64,000 nucleotides of DNA from positions 48,908-112,907 of the forward strand of contig JADHMQ010000003.1 of assembly GCA_016779935.1 (NCBI GenBank). Direction: 5' to 3'. Source of the DNA: Flavobacteriales bacterium. Its GTDB lineage: Bacteria > Bacteroidota > Bacteroidia > Flavobacteriales > UBA7312. A program made the position numbers and the translations under genes. Shown here one piece after another: positions 18,975-28,535 of the stretch. How positions within the stretch are numbered: position 1 is the stretch's first letter; the number at the start of each line of letters is the position of its first letter. The notes beneath the pieces were generated by a model. The model did not search any database, was not told where the DNA came from, and saw only the letters and a list, made by a program, of their open reading frames with translations.

Positions 18975-20060
18975 CTAAAGGTATTTAACTATTAATTCTT
19001 GTTGTTCTTTAGTAATAAAAGGACTCATTGGAAGAGAAAATACTTCATTAGCTGCTTTTTCCGAAACTGGGAAATCACCTACACTATAATTTAAACTCTT
19101 GTAGCATTTTTGCAAATGTAGAGGGGTAGGATAATGTATCGCCGTTGGCACATCGTTCTCATTCAGTTTTTTTATTAAAGCCTGTCTATTCTCGGACTGT
19201 AAAGTGAATTGTGCAAATACACTTGTTCTTTCCTCTTTAATAGTTGGTAACTGAATACCTTTATCTCTTAGTAAGTCAATATAATACTGACCTATTTCTG
19301 CTCTAGATTGCACTTCATCGTCAAAATACTTGAGCTTTACATCTAATATAGCAGCTTGAATAGCATCTAAACGACCGTTTATACCAATCACTTCATGATC
19401 ATATCTTCTTTTTGAACCATGCGCTAAAAATAGTCTTGCTTTTTCTGCTAATTCATCATCGTTTGTGAAAAGTGCACCACCGTCACCATAGCAACCTAAA
19501 GGTTTAGAAGGGAAAAAACTGGTGCAACCAAAATGACTTAGATTACAACTTTTTTTACCTTTATAAGTAGCGCCAAAACTTTGTGCTGCATCTTCAATAA
19601 CAATAAGATTATGTCGTTCAGCAATGGAGTTAATTGCATCCATGTCAGCAATTTGACCATATAATGAAACTGGCATAATTGCTTTTGTTTTAGAAGTAAT
19701 TTTATCTTCTATCAGTTCTGCATTGATGTTGTATGTATCAGCTTCTATATCGACAAAAACTGGAACTGCACCTAGTAAACTTATAACTTCACTAGACGCT
19801 ATAAAAGTAAATGGTGTAGTAATAATTTCATCATTTGGTTTGATACCTATCGCCATTAAGGCCAATAGTAAAGCATCTGTTCCGCTAGCACAACCTATGG
19901 CGTGTTTGGCACCAACATATTGTGAAAGATTAGCTTCGAACTGCTTAACAGGTGGCCCCATTATGTACTGAGAAGTATCTAAAACATTTTGAATAGCTGA
20001 ATCTATTTCACTCTTGTATGCTCTATACTGTGATTGTAAATCAATGAATGGTATCTTCAT
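18975..20060 (-). CDS. wbpE: UDP-2-acetamido-2-deoxy-3-oxo-glucuronate aminotransferase (WbpE/PorR-like)
   Basis: 361 aa. Long colinear blocks match what I recall of WbpE: AIMPVSLYGQ, VIEDAAQSFGATYKGKKSCNLS, CTSFFPSKPLGCYGDGGALFTNDDELA. Confidence 0.85.
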   Translation of the reverse strand: MKIPFIDLQSQYRAYKSEIDSAIQNVLDTSQYIMGPPVKQFEANLSQYVGAKHAIGCASGTDALLLALMAIGIKPNDEIITTPFTFIASSEVISLLGAVPVFVDIEADTYNINAELIEDKITSKTKAIMPVSLYGQIADMDAINSIAERHNLIVIEDAAQSFGATYKGKKSCNLSHFGCTSFFPSKPLGCYGDGGALFTNDDELAEKARLFLAHGSKRRYDHEVIGINGRLDAIQAAILDVKLKYFDDEVQSRAEIGQYYIDLLRDKGIQLPTIKEERTSVFAQFTLQSENRQALIKKLNENDVPTAIHYPTPLHLQKCYKSLNYSVGDFPVSEKAANEVFSLPMSPFITKEQQELIVKYL

Positions 20061-20063
20061 AAA

Positions 20064-20633
20064 CTACAGAATTTGAATTGAATCATTAGACAACTTATAT
20101 TTCGTATTATCGAACGAATCAATTGCGATATTATTATCATTAAAAATTAGCCTATTCCCTGCTTTACTGACCCAACCTTGATGTTTAGCGGGAACGCCAT
20201 ATAACATTTCAAAAGGTTTTACATCTTTAGTAACAACACTACCTGCTCCTATTAAGGCATACTCACCAACTGTAATTCCACAAACTATTGTAGCATTTGC
20301 TCCAACTGAACAGCCCTTTTTTAGTAGTGTTTTTTTGAATTCTTCTTTACGGATAATGAAACTTCTAGGGTTGATGACGTTAGTAAAGACCATTGAAGGT
20401 CCTAAAAACACATCATCTTCAACCTCTACTCCTTCATAAATAGATATATTATTTTGAACTTTCACTCCACTTCCGATTGTAACATTAGGTCCAACGACAC
20501 AGTTTTGTCCAAAAGAACAACGCTCTCCAATTACCGTATTAGAAAGAATATGTGAAAAATGCCACACTTTTGTTTCATTACCGATTTCAACATTTTCATC
20601 GATTACAGAAGTATCATGAACAAAATAACTCAT
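20064..20633 (-). CDS. wbpD: UDP-2-acetamido-3-amino-2,3-dideoxy-glucuronate N-acetyltransferase (WbpD-like, left-handed beta-helix)
   Basis: 189 aa. It has hexapeptide repeats and the WbpD-like blocks VWHFSHI, GPSMVFTNVINPRS, GANATIVCG and GVPAKHQGWVSKAG. Confidence 0.85.
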   Translation of the reverse strand: MSYFVHDTSVIDENVEIGNETKVWHFSHILSNTVIGERCSFGQNCVVGPNVTIGSGVKVQNNISIYEGVEVEDDVFLGPSMVFTNVINPRSFIIRKEEFKKTLLKKGCSVGANATIVCGITVGEYALIGAGSVVTKDVKPFEMLYGVPAKHQGWVSKAGNRLIFNDNNIAIDSFDNTKYKLSNDSIQIL

Positions 20634-21580
20634 AATTTACAAAATGGATGATAATCACCTTTTAAGCCAACTGGCGTAGAATTTCTTATATTATGAACAA
20701 TATCAATCGATGTTTTCGCTTCCATTAAGCCAAACCCATTACCTGCTAATACAGCCTCGTAACTCTTAGTGTGAAGATCTGTAAACCCTCCACTAAATTC
20801 AATCTCCTCACCTTCAACGGTTATCGACCTAAATGTTCTTTGCCCTGTAGCTTTGATGTGATCAGGGATTAAATCATAATTTACGCTTAGAAACCAACGT
20901 ACTCTAGCTCTTTCTAATTCTAAAAAACCAGCTGCCTTATCTTCATCAGAAACATGACATACATTCTGCTTGACAGAGCCAAAAATCCATGTCAACATAT
21001 CGTAAAAATGAATCCCAATATTTGTAGCTATACCACCTGACTTAGAAATATCTCCTTTCCAAGAAATGAAATACCACTTTCCTCTGCTTGTTAAATACGA
21101 TAAATCGATATCATAGATTTTATCTTTTGGTCCGTTTTCAACTTTTTCTTTAAGAGCGATAATTGAAGGGTGAAATCGAAGTTGAAGAATGTTGTTTATC
21201 CTTTTACCTGTTCGATGTTCTACTTCGGCTAAAGCATCAATATTCCAAGGATTTAAAACTAAAGGCTTCTCGCAGATAACGTCAGAGCCACTCCTTAAAG
21301 CTAAACGAATATGTGCATCATGCAGATAATTTGGTGAACATATACTGACATAATCAATTGGTGACTCTGAACGCCTTAGCTTATCTAAATGACGATCAAA
21401 TCTCTCTGGTTCAGTAAAAAAATTAGCTTCAGGGAAATAACTATCAATTATCCCTACACTATCAAATTTATCAAGTGCAACAGATAAATTGTTACCCGTA
21501 TCTTTAATCGCCTTCATATGCCTTGAAGCAATATATCCAGCTGCACCTATTAATGCAAAATTTTTCATCATAATCTCCAA
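20630..21580 (-). CDS. wbpB: UDP-N-acetyl-glucosaminuronate 3-dehydrogenase (WbpB-like, Gfo/Idh/MocA). The likely start is ATG 21571 or 21568, which gives an ATGA overlap with wbpA.
   Basis: MKNFALIGAAGYIASRHMKAIKDTGN..DYVSICSPNYLH..VICEKPLV..NILQLRFHPSIIALKEKV closely follows the WbpB pattern. The track start is a TTG four codons upstream. Confidence 0.85.
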   Translation of the reverse strand: MEIMMKNFALIGAAGYIASRHMKAIKDTGNNLSVALDKFDSVGIIDSYFPEANFFTEPERFDRHLDKLRRSESPIDYVSICSPNYLHDAHIRLALRSGSDVICEKPLVLNPWNIDALAEVEHRTGKRINNILQLRFHPSIIALKEKVENGPKDKIYDIDLSYLTSRGKWYFISWKGDISKSGGIATNIGIHFYDMLTWIFGSVKQNVCHVSDEDKAAGFLELERARVRWFLSVNYDLIPDHIKATGQRTFRSITVEGEEIEFSGGFTDLHTKSYEAVLAGNGFGLMEAKTSIDIVHNIRNSTPVGLKGDYHPFCKL

Positions 21581-22833
21581 CTAGGCTCGTCAACTATTCC
21601 TTTTACATCTAATACGATTGGAATACCCAAAGAGACCGATTTATAATTTTCTGATTTGAGTCCTACAAATTGATGATGAGCAACACATACTATGATAGCA
21701 TCGTATGCTTTATCTGATTTGAATGGATCAGTAATTAGCTCTCTATCAAAAACTGCAGACATTTCTTTTTTATCAACCCAAGGGTCATAAATATCAATAT
21801 TACATCCAAAATCTTCTAACTCTTTAACAATATCAATTACCTTAGTGTTTCTGATGTCTGGGCAATTTTCCTTGAAAGTAAAGCCCATTATAAGTATTTC
21901 AGAATCTTTTATTTTTTTATCCTTATTTACTAAAAAATGAACCGCCTTCTTTGCAATGTAAGCAGACATTCCATTATTTATCTGTCTTGAAGAAAGAATT
22001 AAATTAGGCTTATATCCTAATTTCTGCGCTTTATACGTTAAATAATATGGGTCTACACCTATACAATGCCCACCCACCAAACCAGGTTGAAATTTTAAAA
22101 AATTCCATTTCGTTCCTGCTGCTTTTAAAACCTCATTGGATGAAATTCCCATAGCGTCAAAAATCAAAGCAAATTCGTTAACTAAAGCAATGTTAACATC
22201 TCTTTGAGTATTTTCAATAACCTTCGCAGCTTCAGCTACTTTAATGGATGATGCCTTATATGTACCTGCCTTGATAATAGAAGCATATAAATCGTCAACT
22301 ATTTCAGCAGTTTTCTCATCAGAACCACTAGTAATTTTTAAAATTTTTGTGAGAGTTCTCTCTTTATCTCCTGGATTTATTCGCTCTGGACTATAACCAC
22401 AGAAAAAATCTTTATTGAAAGTTAATCCAGAAACCTTTTCTAAAATAGGCACACACTCATCTTCGGTAACACCAGGGTATACGGTAGATTCATAGATAAT
22501 TATGTCCCCCTTTTTAATAATAGAACCAACGGAATGACTTGAACTTATCAATGGAGATAAATCTGGAAGATTTTTTTTATTGATTGGTGTTGGAACTGTA
22601 ATGATATAAATATTACAATCTTTAGTGTCATTAATATCCGCTGTATAACTTAATTTGACAGCAGACTCTAAATCTTCCTCAGACATTTCTAAGGTTCTGT
22701 CAAAGCCTGATTTTAACTCATCAATTCTCTCAAGATTTATGTCTAAACCAATTGTGGTATACTTCTTACCGAATTCTACAGCTAATGGGATTCCAACATA
22801 GCCCAACCCAATTACCGCAATTTTGTATTCCAT
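21568..22833 (-). CDS. wbpA: UDP-N-acetyl-hexosamine 6-dehydrogenase (WbpA/WbpO/TviB family)
   Basis: 421 aa. It has VIGLGYVGIPLAVEF, the catalytic-Cys block PGLVGGHCIGVDPYYL, and GFTFKENCPDIRNTK. Confidence 0.8.
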   Translation of the reverse strand: MEYKIAVIGLGYVGIPLAVEFGKKYTTIGLDINLERIDELKSGFDRTLEMSEEDLESAVKLSYTADINDTKDCNIYIITVPTPINKKNLPDLSPLISSSHSVGSIIKKGDIIIYESTVYPGVTEDECVPILEKVSGLTFNKDFFCGYSPERINPGDKERTLTKILKITSGSDEKTAEIVDDLYASIIKAGTYKASSIKVAEAAKVIENTQRDVNIALVNEFALIFDAMGISSNEVLKAAGTKWNFLKFQPGLVGGHCIGVDPYYLTYKAQKLGYKPNLILSSRQINNGMSAYIAKKAVHFLVNKDKKIKDSEILIMGFTFKENCPDIRNTKVIDIVKELEDFGCNIDIYDPWVDKKEMSAVFDRELITDPFKSDKAYDAIIVCVAHHQFVGLKSENYKSVSLGIPIVLDVKGIVDEPSWRL

Positions 22834-22873
22834 AAAAAAAATATAAATAAAAGAGTCTTCAATTGAAGACTCT
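22834..22873 (-). terminator. Rho-independent terminator after gldN
   Basis: A perfect 22-nt palindrome AGAGTCTTCAATTGAAGACTCT sits at 22852-22873. On the minus strand it is followed by TTTATTTATATTTTTTTT, and it lies 24 nt after the gldN stop. Confidence 0.6.
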
Positions 22874-22896
22874 AAAGTTTAAATCAAAAAAAAGTA

Positions 22897-23754
22897 TTAA
22901 TACTCCCAAAGATCGTGTTCGATATTGAATATCTCTTCCTTTATTTTTTCAGCCTCAAGCAAAGCATCAATACCTTCTTTATACTCTGATATTTTTCTGT
23001 CATATTTATTTGACTCCTTGACAATTCGACTACTGAAAAATCGCTTGTGAAAAATATCGTCATAAGTTAAACGAGCTGCATCATTTTTTCTGTGATTGAA
23101 AACTTCAGCTTTAGAAAGAATTTTTCTTGCTTCAGGAAAATACACCCAAAATAATGAGGTTTCACCAGTATAAACACCTTCTTCATTTTTACGGTCAATA
23201 ACCGGACATATTCCAATGATTCTAACTTCCATTACAGAACGTTGCTTGTCAAAAAACCATTCCTCTTTGATTCTATATTTCTTAACCTCATGTCTCTCAA
23301 AAATATTAAAAGTTGTATCTAAATAATATTCTTGCGTATCAGGGTCAAATCGTTCTTCAACAGACATTTTCTCGCCTTGCATAATACCAATCATCTCAAC
23401 TTCTGAAGGTGACATCGGAGATTGAAATTCATCATCGTTGGTTGCATTACCGTAAGCTGTAATTGTCCCTTCATCAATTGCTTGCATAAGCACATCAATT
23501 AAATTCTGACGGTCATTTATTGGTAAAAGAGGGTAATAGAATACCTGATTCATTTTCTCTCTTAAATCAATGATTCTTTCGATTTTTGTAGACCACATTA
23601 CATCTGCCTCGCGAACATGTTGATATGGCTGAATCATTCTTTCTTTTCCGCCATCACGAATATCTTTTTCATATGCACCGTCAAGAATGTCTTGCGCGGA
23701 TACAATCTGTGAAAAACATATCAATGAAATAATTACTAAAACAATATTTTTCAT
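22897..23754 (-). CDS. gldN: Gliding motility / T9SS protein GldN
   Basis: 285 aa with a signal peptide. PYQHVREADVMWSTKIERIIDLREKMNQVFYYP is the conserved GldN block, and the gene lies directly after gldM. Confidence 0.85.
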   Translation of the reverse strand: MKNIVLVIISLICFSQIVSAQDILDGAYEKDIRDGGKERMIQPYQHVREADVMWSTKIERIIDLREKMNQVFYYPLLPINDRQNLIDVLMQAIDEGTITAYGNATNDDEFQSPMSPSEVEMIGIMQGEKMSVEERFDPDTQEYYLDTTFNIFERHEVKKYRIKEEWFFDKQRSVMEVRIIGICPVIDRKNEEGVYTGETSLFWVYFPEARKILSKAEVFNHRKNDAARLTYDDIFHKRFFSSRIVKESNKYDRKISEYKEGIDALLEAEKIKEEIFNIEHDLWEY

Positions 23755-23764
23755 AATAATAGAT

Positions 23765-25429
23765 TTAATTTACGGTAAGCTTTACAGATGGCAACGACTT
23801 AGGCGCACCGTCTGGTCCCTTACATGTAATATTAGTAAAATAAATAACAGAACCAATCTGAAGTGATTCAAATAAGGTTTTCATTTCACCAGTAACCTTG
23901 TTTCCTTTGGCATACTTGGTAACTAACTCACCTCTTTGTGTAACATCAACAGAGAAACCTGTGATACTATATCTAATGTCAAAAACGAAATTACTTAACT
24001 CTGCATATAACTTAGCATTATTAGAAAGTAATTGGCTTTTCTTAATTTTTTGGTTCTTAGACCCTAAAAATTTTGGCTCTGGCTTAGGAGTTCTCATTAC
24101 TCTAAATTCGAGAGAGCCCATATTACGTCTTTTCCCATCAACTTCTGCAACTACATTAACTTTTGCACTACCTGTTTTCTTTGGGAAAACTTCCCATCCG
24201 CCACCAGCTACTTTTTTAACAACACCATTATCACAAGAAACGCTAATTTTATCTTTAGGTACACCAGGAACTGAAACGTCTATTGGGTTTCCAAGTGCAC
24301 CATTCTTTAGTGGGTGACTTGCTAAAATGTAAAATACATTCATCTTAGTTGGCGAGATAACTAAACTTGGTTTAGCAACTTGGTATTCACCATTAAAAGG
24401 GTAAATTTTATCACCAACATCTGTTTTCATAGATATTAAACCACCCCATTTCTTGTATCCTTGTGATGAGGTTTTAACAGCATATTTTCCTTTACCAGCT
24501 AGAACAGGTATAGAATCATAATCTCCAACCATTTTATACTTACCATCCTCACCAAGTTCATAATCTCCAACATAAATAATTGGGTTTTGGGTAGTATCCT
24601 TTGCTGCTAAAAATACATCTGCCTTAAAAGAGTCACCTAAAAACACATAGTTAGAAGTAGCAATTTGTATAGCATCAGCAGAAGTAAACTTTAAAGAACC
24701 TGCATCAATTTCTTGTTGTAAAAACTTAATAACATCCGACTCTGCGTTTCTTACATCTGTTTGTATTTTTGATAATATGGTAACAGCAGCAATAAGCGGC
24801 ATATCTTGAAAGTTTTGTTGCACCCAAGATAACATTCCTGAACCATATTTTTCTTTTCTTTCTTCAAATGTAAAAGTTGTAGATAATGACGATTGAATAG
24901 ATGGTTCATTTACCATTTCTTTCAAGAAGTCTCTGTATGCCTCCAAACTTTCTTGTAGAATTGCTCCATTACCTTTATTAATCATTAACTCCCCTGGTCT
25001 TTCTCTATCTTTTTTACTAATGACATCTACCATTAGTTTTTTCTTCTGAGCTGCTGATAAATCATCATATGTAACATCTTCTAATGGCTCTTCACCTTCG
25101 AAAGTAACTTGCTTATCTGAAAGCATTACCATATCAAATTTGAGCCTCTGAATGTCATCGACAATTTTGTCTGCTTTAGCCTTTACACTAAAAGCCTTGT
25201 CACGCCATGGACCAGCTTTAGCTTCGTTTGTCTCAGCTGCAGAAACAAATGAAGAATATACTTCATCATTTTTACTATTGAAATTTTGGGTTGTTTTTAC
25301 AATCCCACCATTAATTTTTTGAAAGGCATCAAGAACTTCTTTGGATACATTTAATGCTAACATTGCTGTTAGCACCAAATACATCATACCAATCATCTTT
25401 TGCCTTGGCGATAAATTATTTCCTGCCAT
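23765..25429 (-). CDS. gldM: Gliding motility / T9SS protein GldM (PorM)
   Basis: 554 aa. The N-terminus MAGNNLSPRQKMIGMMYLVLTAMLALNVSKEVLDAF is the canonical GldM start with a single TM. Confidence 0.9.
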   Translation of the reverse strand: MAGNNLSPRQKMIGMMYLVLTAMLALNVSKEVLDAFQKINGGIVKTTQNFNSKNDEVYSSFVSAAETNEAKAGPWRDKAFSVKAKADKIVDDIQRLKFDMVMLSDKQVTFEGEEPLEDVTYDDLSAAQKKKLMVDVISKKDRERPGELMINKGNGAILQESLEAYRDFLKEMVNEPSIQSSLSTTFTFEERKEKYGSGMLSWVQQNFQDMPLIAAVTILSKIQTDVRNAESDVIKFLQQEIDAGSLKFTSADAIQIATSNYVFLGDSFKADVFLAAKDTTQNPIIYVGDYELGEDGKYKMVGDYDSIPVLAGKGKYAVKTSSQGYKKWGGLISMKTDVGDKIYPFNGEYQVAKPSLVISPTKMNVFYILASHPLKNGALGNPIDVSVPGVPKDKISVSCDNGVVKKVAGGGWEVFPKKTGSAKVNVVAEVDGKRRNMGSLEFRVMRTPKPEPKFLGSKNQKIKKSQLLSNNAKLYAELSNFVFDIRYSITGFSVDVTQRGELVTKYAKGNKVTGEMKTLFESLQIGSVIYFTNITCKGPDGAPKSLPSVKLTVN

Positions 25430-25463
25430 TAGATTTTTCTAATTTAATAGTAAAAATTATTTT

Positions 25464-26090
25464 TTATTTATTGCTCATTGCGTTAAGCATATTCGCATAC
25501 ATTTTGTTAAGCGCTTCTAAATTAGCACCCAACTTAGATATTTCTGATTGGAATTTCTCAGAGTCACCAACAGAGTTACCCATATTTTGCATTGTCTTAA
25601 GTTGCAAATCATAGTATGTGTTCATTTCAGCTAATTTTCTAGCTGCTTCACGCATTTGGTCACTGTAATCTCCTGTAGCAGAAACAGCATCCATTGATTT
25701 ATTTACACCTTCAACAGTTTCATTAAATGATCTTAAGTTATCTCCTAATCGAGTAATAAGAGCTTGATCAACATTTGCTTTTCCAAGCATATCATCCAGT
25801 TCTTGAACAGGAGTATTTTTCTTAGAAGACGAAGATTTATCATCTGGATCTTTCATATATGCCAATTCTGGATATACTAAACTCCAATCCGGATCTTCGT
25901 GTGGTTTTTCAAAAGCAGAAAAGAAGAAAATTATTGCTTCTACAGTAAGACCAATAGTTAACATGGCTCCTGCTCCTGTCCAGTGTTGTAGCTTAAATAA
26001 TGCACCAAGGATTACAATAGCAGCACCAAACCCATACAGCTTGGCCATGTTATTTTTAAATTTCTTTGAATTGGGGTTGATTAATGCCAT
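25464..26090 (-). CDS. gldL: Gliding motility / T9SS protein GldL (PorL)
   Basis: 208 aa. It has two N-terminal TM helices (KLYGFGAAIVILGALFKLQHW; MLTIGLTVEAIIFFFSAFE) followed by a helical tail. Confidence 0.9.
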   Translation of the reverse strand: MALINPNSKKFKNNMAKLYGFGAAIVILGALFKLQHWTGAGAMLTIGLTVEAIIFFFSAFEKPHEDPDWSLVYPELAYMKDPDDKSSSSKKNTPVQELDDMLGKANVDQALITRLGDNLRSFNETVEGVNKSMDAVSATGDYSDQMREAARKLAEMNTYYDLQLKTMQNMGNSVGDSEKFQSEISKLGANLEALNKMYANMLNAMSNK

Positions 26091-26124
26091 AATACTATTT
26101 GCTAAAAAATTTAATTGTTAAAAA

Positions 26125-27444
26125 TTATCTAAAATCTACTTTATCTCTACCTAAGAAAGAAATCACGTTTCTAAACCCGATATATGATTTAGCCGTATCT
26201 TGAAATTCATAATCTCTTGTTCCTACTTGTATGAAGTGAGAAATATCTTTCCAAGAACCACCACGAATAACCTTTCTCTTTAAAATTTGAGGGTCGGAAT
26301 CCTGAGCGTCGTAGTTGAAATCCATATTCATATCGTGAGAGAAATTAAATGCTGACTCATCATAAGCATTACTTGTCCACTCTGAAACGTTACCAGCCAT
26401 ATCGTACAATCCAAAGTTATTCGGATTATAAGATGCAACCTTTACTGTTTTGATACCACCATCGGCTACATAGTTACCTCTCCTTGGCTTGAAGTTAGCA
26501 AGAAAACAACCTACCTCGTTGGTAGTATAAGGCCCTCCCCATGGATATGGCGATAAATCAAAACCACCTCTGGCTGCGTACTCCCACTCTGTTTCTGAAG
26601 GAAGACGAAACTCATCATGTAAAGGCTCTTCTCTTTCGATTAAATATTTATCAAGAATACTTGTTCTCCATTTTGAAAAAGCTACAGCCTGCTTCCAACT
26701 AACACCCACGACTGGGTAATCATCAAATGCTGGATGATGGAAATAATTTCTTGACCAAGGGTCATTGTACGAATAGGTATAATCCGAAGTCCAAACTAGT
26801 GTGTCTGGGAAAATATTAATTTCAGGTTTTTCAATGAAGACTGATCTGTCTTTTTTACCTTGAGCTTTATTTTCTCTAGAAGATGCACGCTGAATATCAA
26901 CATCTTCAAATCTAAAGTTATATTTTCTAGTATCAAATTCTCTTCTTGAATAGAATCTTTCGTGTTCTGGCAAATACATTTCATCCTCAAGAACTTCACG
27001 AACCTCAGTGTCATCCCATCTAATAGATCTACTCCAATCAATGTGAGGTGGGTCAATAAAGTTACCGTAGTCATCCTCTTCTATGAGTTCATAACCTTCG
27101 ACACCATTTTCTCCTAGTATAACTCTAGCGATTGAATCTCTAACCCACTCAACAAATTGTCGGTATTCATTATTTGTAATTTCAGTTTCATCAATGTAGA
27201 ATGCTGCTACAGAAACTGTTTTGTGTTGCGTTACATGAGCATAAGGAACATCTTGGTCACCAGGTCCCATGTTAAAACTTCCCTGAGGAATAAATACCAT
27301 TCCGTAAGGGTCAGTTGGATTCCAGATAGGTCTATTCTGAATACCTATCAGTTCGCCATTACCAGAAGTAGAGCAACTTGCCAATACTACTGCGACGAAT
27401 CCAAAGACAAATAAATTTTTCATAATACTTTTATTTTGCCTCAA
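26125..27444 (-). CDS. gldK: Gliding motility / T9SS lipoprotein GldK (PorK, FGE-sulfatase fold). The likely start is ATG 27423.
   Basis: It has the lipobox MKNLFVFGFVAVVLASC followed by PYGMVFIPQGSFNMG, plus SUMF1-like motifs (GNVSEWT; RGGSW). The track start at 27444 is a TTG. Confidence 0.9.
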   Translation of the reverse strand: MRQNKSIMKNLFVFGFVAVVLASCSTSGNGELIGIQNRPIWNPTDPYGMVFIPQGSFNMGPGDQDVPYAHVTQHKTVSVAAFYIDETEITNNEYRQFVEWVRDSIARVILGENGVEGYELIEEDDYGNFIDPPHIDWSRSIRWDDTEVREVLEDEMYLPEHERFYSRREFDTRKYNFRFEDVDIQRASSRENKAQGKKDRSVFIEKPEINIFPDTLVWTSDYTYSYNDPWSRNYFHHPAFDDYPVVGVSWKQAVAFSKWRTSILDKYLIEREEPLHDEFRLPSETEWEYAARGGFDLSPYPWGGPYTTNEVGCFLANFKPRRGNYVADGGIKTVKVASYNPNNFGLYDMAGNVSEWTSNAYDESAFNFSHDMNMDFNYDAQDSDPQILKRKVIRGGSWKDISHFIQVGTRDYEFQDTAKSYIGFRNVISFLGRDKVDFR

Positions 27445-27475
27445 ATAAGAGGGTTATTATTTCATTCAAAGCCAC

Positions 27476-27527
27476 AAAATCACCACTTAAAAAAGTGATG
27501 ATTTTACTTTGGAAAGCAACAAATATA
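27476..27527 (-). promoter_or_regulatory. Candidate -7 box (TATATTTG, 27527-27520) followed by a 13-bp stem-loop (27505-27476) between porP-like and gldK
   Basis: Plus-strand CAAATATA at 27520-27527 is a minus-strand TAnnTTTG. The hairpin AAAATCACCACTT/AAGTGATGATTTT has one mismatch and a 4-nt loop. It could be a gldK 5' leader structure or the porP terminator. Confidence 0.35.
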
Positions 27528-27533
27528 ACATTT

Positions 27534-28514
27534 TTATAGATATCTAGGGTTTTTAAATCCTTTGACAACCTTGTTATAATCTATTTTAAAGCAATATCCC
27601 AACATAAATTCAAAGCTTCCAGATGTAGAAACGTTTGTAGTAGGAATATCGTATGAGAATCCAAATTTCAAATCATCGTTGATGTGCATACCGAGTAATA
27701 GTACTGCACGGGAACTAGGTCTATATGTAACTCCACCCCACAACTTTTTATTGTATTCGAGTATTGAAGTTAAGTCTAGAGTAGTTGTAACTCCCTCTGT
27801 TTTAACAAGTAAGGAGGGTTTTACATCAATTTTTGGATTTAATTCGTGAACGTATCCAGCCGTTAAATAATAATGCCTTTTAACGTCAAATATATCTAAA
27901 GAGGTGGTAATTGTTGGCTCATTTATGTGCTTAGATGATAAGCCAACATAAACCTTATCGGAGTTAAAAAATAAACCAGCTCCTAGGTCAAAGCTTGAAC
28001 CTTTTTCAGTTGAAGTTGGTATGGAAGGGTCTGGATTTTCAGTGATTATGCCACTTCCGTCTAAACCGTCTTGCATTACACCAACAGAAACACCAATTCC
28101 AAGTTTACCACCAGCGACATCAAATCTGTAAGCGTAAGAAAGATTCAGAGATAAAAATTCGTTTTGACCAATTTTATCAGTAAGTATATTTAGACCTACA
28201 CCACCATGCAATAATTGTAATGGGGATTGAACTGACAAGTTAGTTGTTACAGGAGCATCTTCAAAACCAACCCACTGAGAACGGTGAAGAGCCGTAGCAC
28301 ATATTGCTTCCTCATATCCAGACGATCCAGGGTTAAACGATAGATTGTTAAAGATATATTGACTAAATTGAGGATCTTGCTGCGCTTTAGAATGAAAAGC
28401 AAGAGTAAACAACAAGAAAAGCAAAAAATATTTTTTCATAAAAGGTAACGACAAAACGTTTATCACAATTAATATTCGGCTAAAATAACTATTTTTTTTT
28501 AGTAGAAAAAGCAA
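27534..28514 (-). CDS. PorP/SprF-family T9SS outer-membrane beta-barrel protein. The likely start is ATG 28439.
   Basis: MKKYFLLFLLFTLAFHSKAQQDPQFSQYIFNNLSFNPGSSG is the typical PorP/SprF start. The body has an alternating beta-strand pattern and ends FKNPRYL. Confidence 0.8.
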   Translation of the reverse strand: MLFLLKKNSYFSRILIVINVLSLPFMKKYFLLFLLFTLAFHSKAQQDPQFSQYIFNNLSFNPGSSGYEEAICATALHRSQWVGFEDAPVTTNLSVQSPLQLLHGGVGLNILTDKIGQNEFLSLNLSYAYRFDVAGGKLGIGVSVGVMQDGLDGSGIITENPDPSIPTSTEKGSSFDLGAGLFFNSDKVYVGLSSKHINEPTITTSLDIFDVKRHYYLTAGYVHELNPKIDVKPSLLVKTEGVTTTLDLTSILEYNKKLWGGVTYRPSSRAVLLLGMHINDDLKFGFSYDIPTTNVSTSGSFEFMLGYCFKIDYNKVVKGFKNPRYL

Positions 28515-28535
28515 ATAGAATTTATCAATGAAAGA

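Noticed and set aside
23898-24317. 139-aa plus-strand ORF inside gldM, with similar antisense or alternative-frame ORFs inside gldK (26796-27074, 27157-27414), topA, groEL, mfd and the FtsX permease
   Set aside because: Each is nested in a gene with strong family-level sequence identity. None has its own start context, and their composition is typical of off-frame translation.
28492-28500. T9 homopolymer (A9 on the coding strand) 53-61 nt upstream of the porP-like ATG, considered as a phase-variation tract
   Set aside because: A/T runs of 7-9 are frequent throughout this AT-rich window (e.g. 22834-22841, 42446-42453). There is no evidence of length heterogeneity from a single sequence.
28440-28514. 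Long N-terminal extensions from alternative start codons in the track: porP-like 28514, gldK 27444, wbpB 21580, rplU 41542, GNAT 52908, HMA 40622, permease 58598
   Set aside because: In each case a downstream ATG sits exactly at the family-typical N-terminus (a signal peptide or conserved first motif). Several also create classical ATGA/TAATG coupling with the upstream gene.
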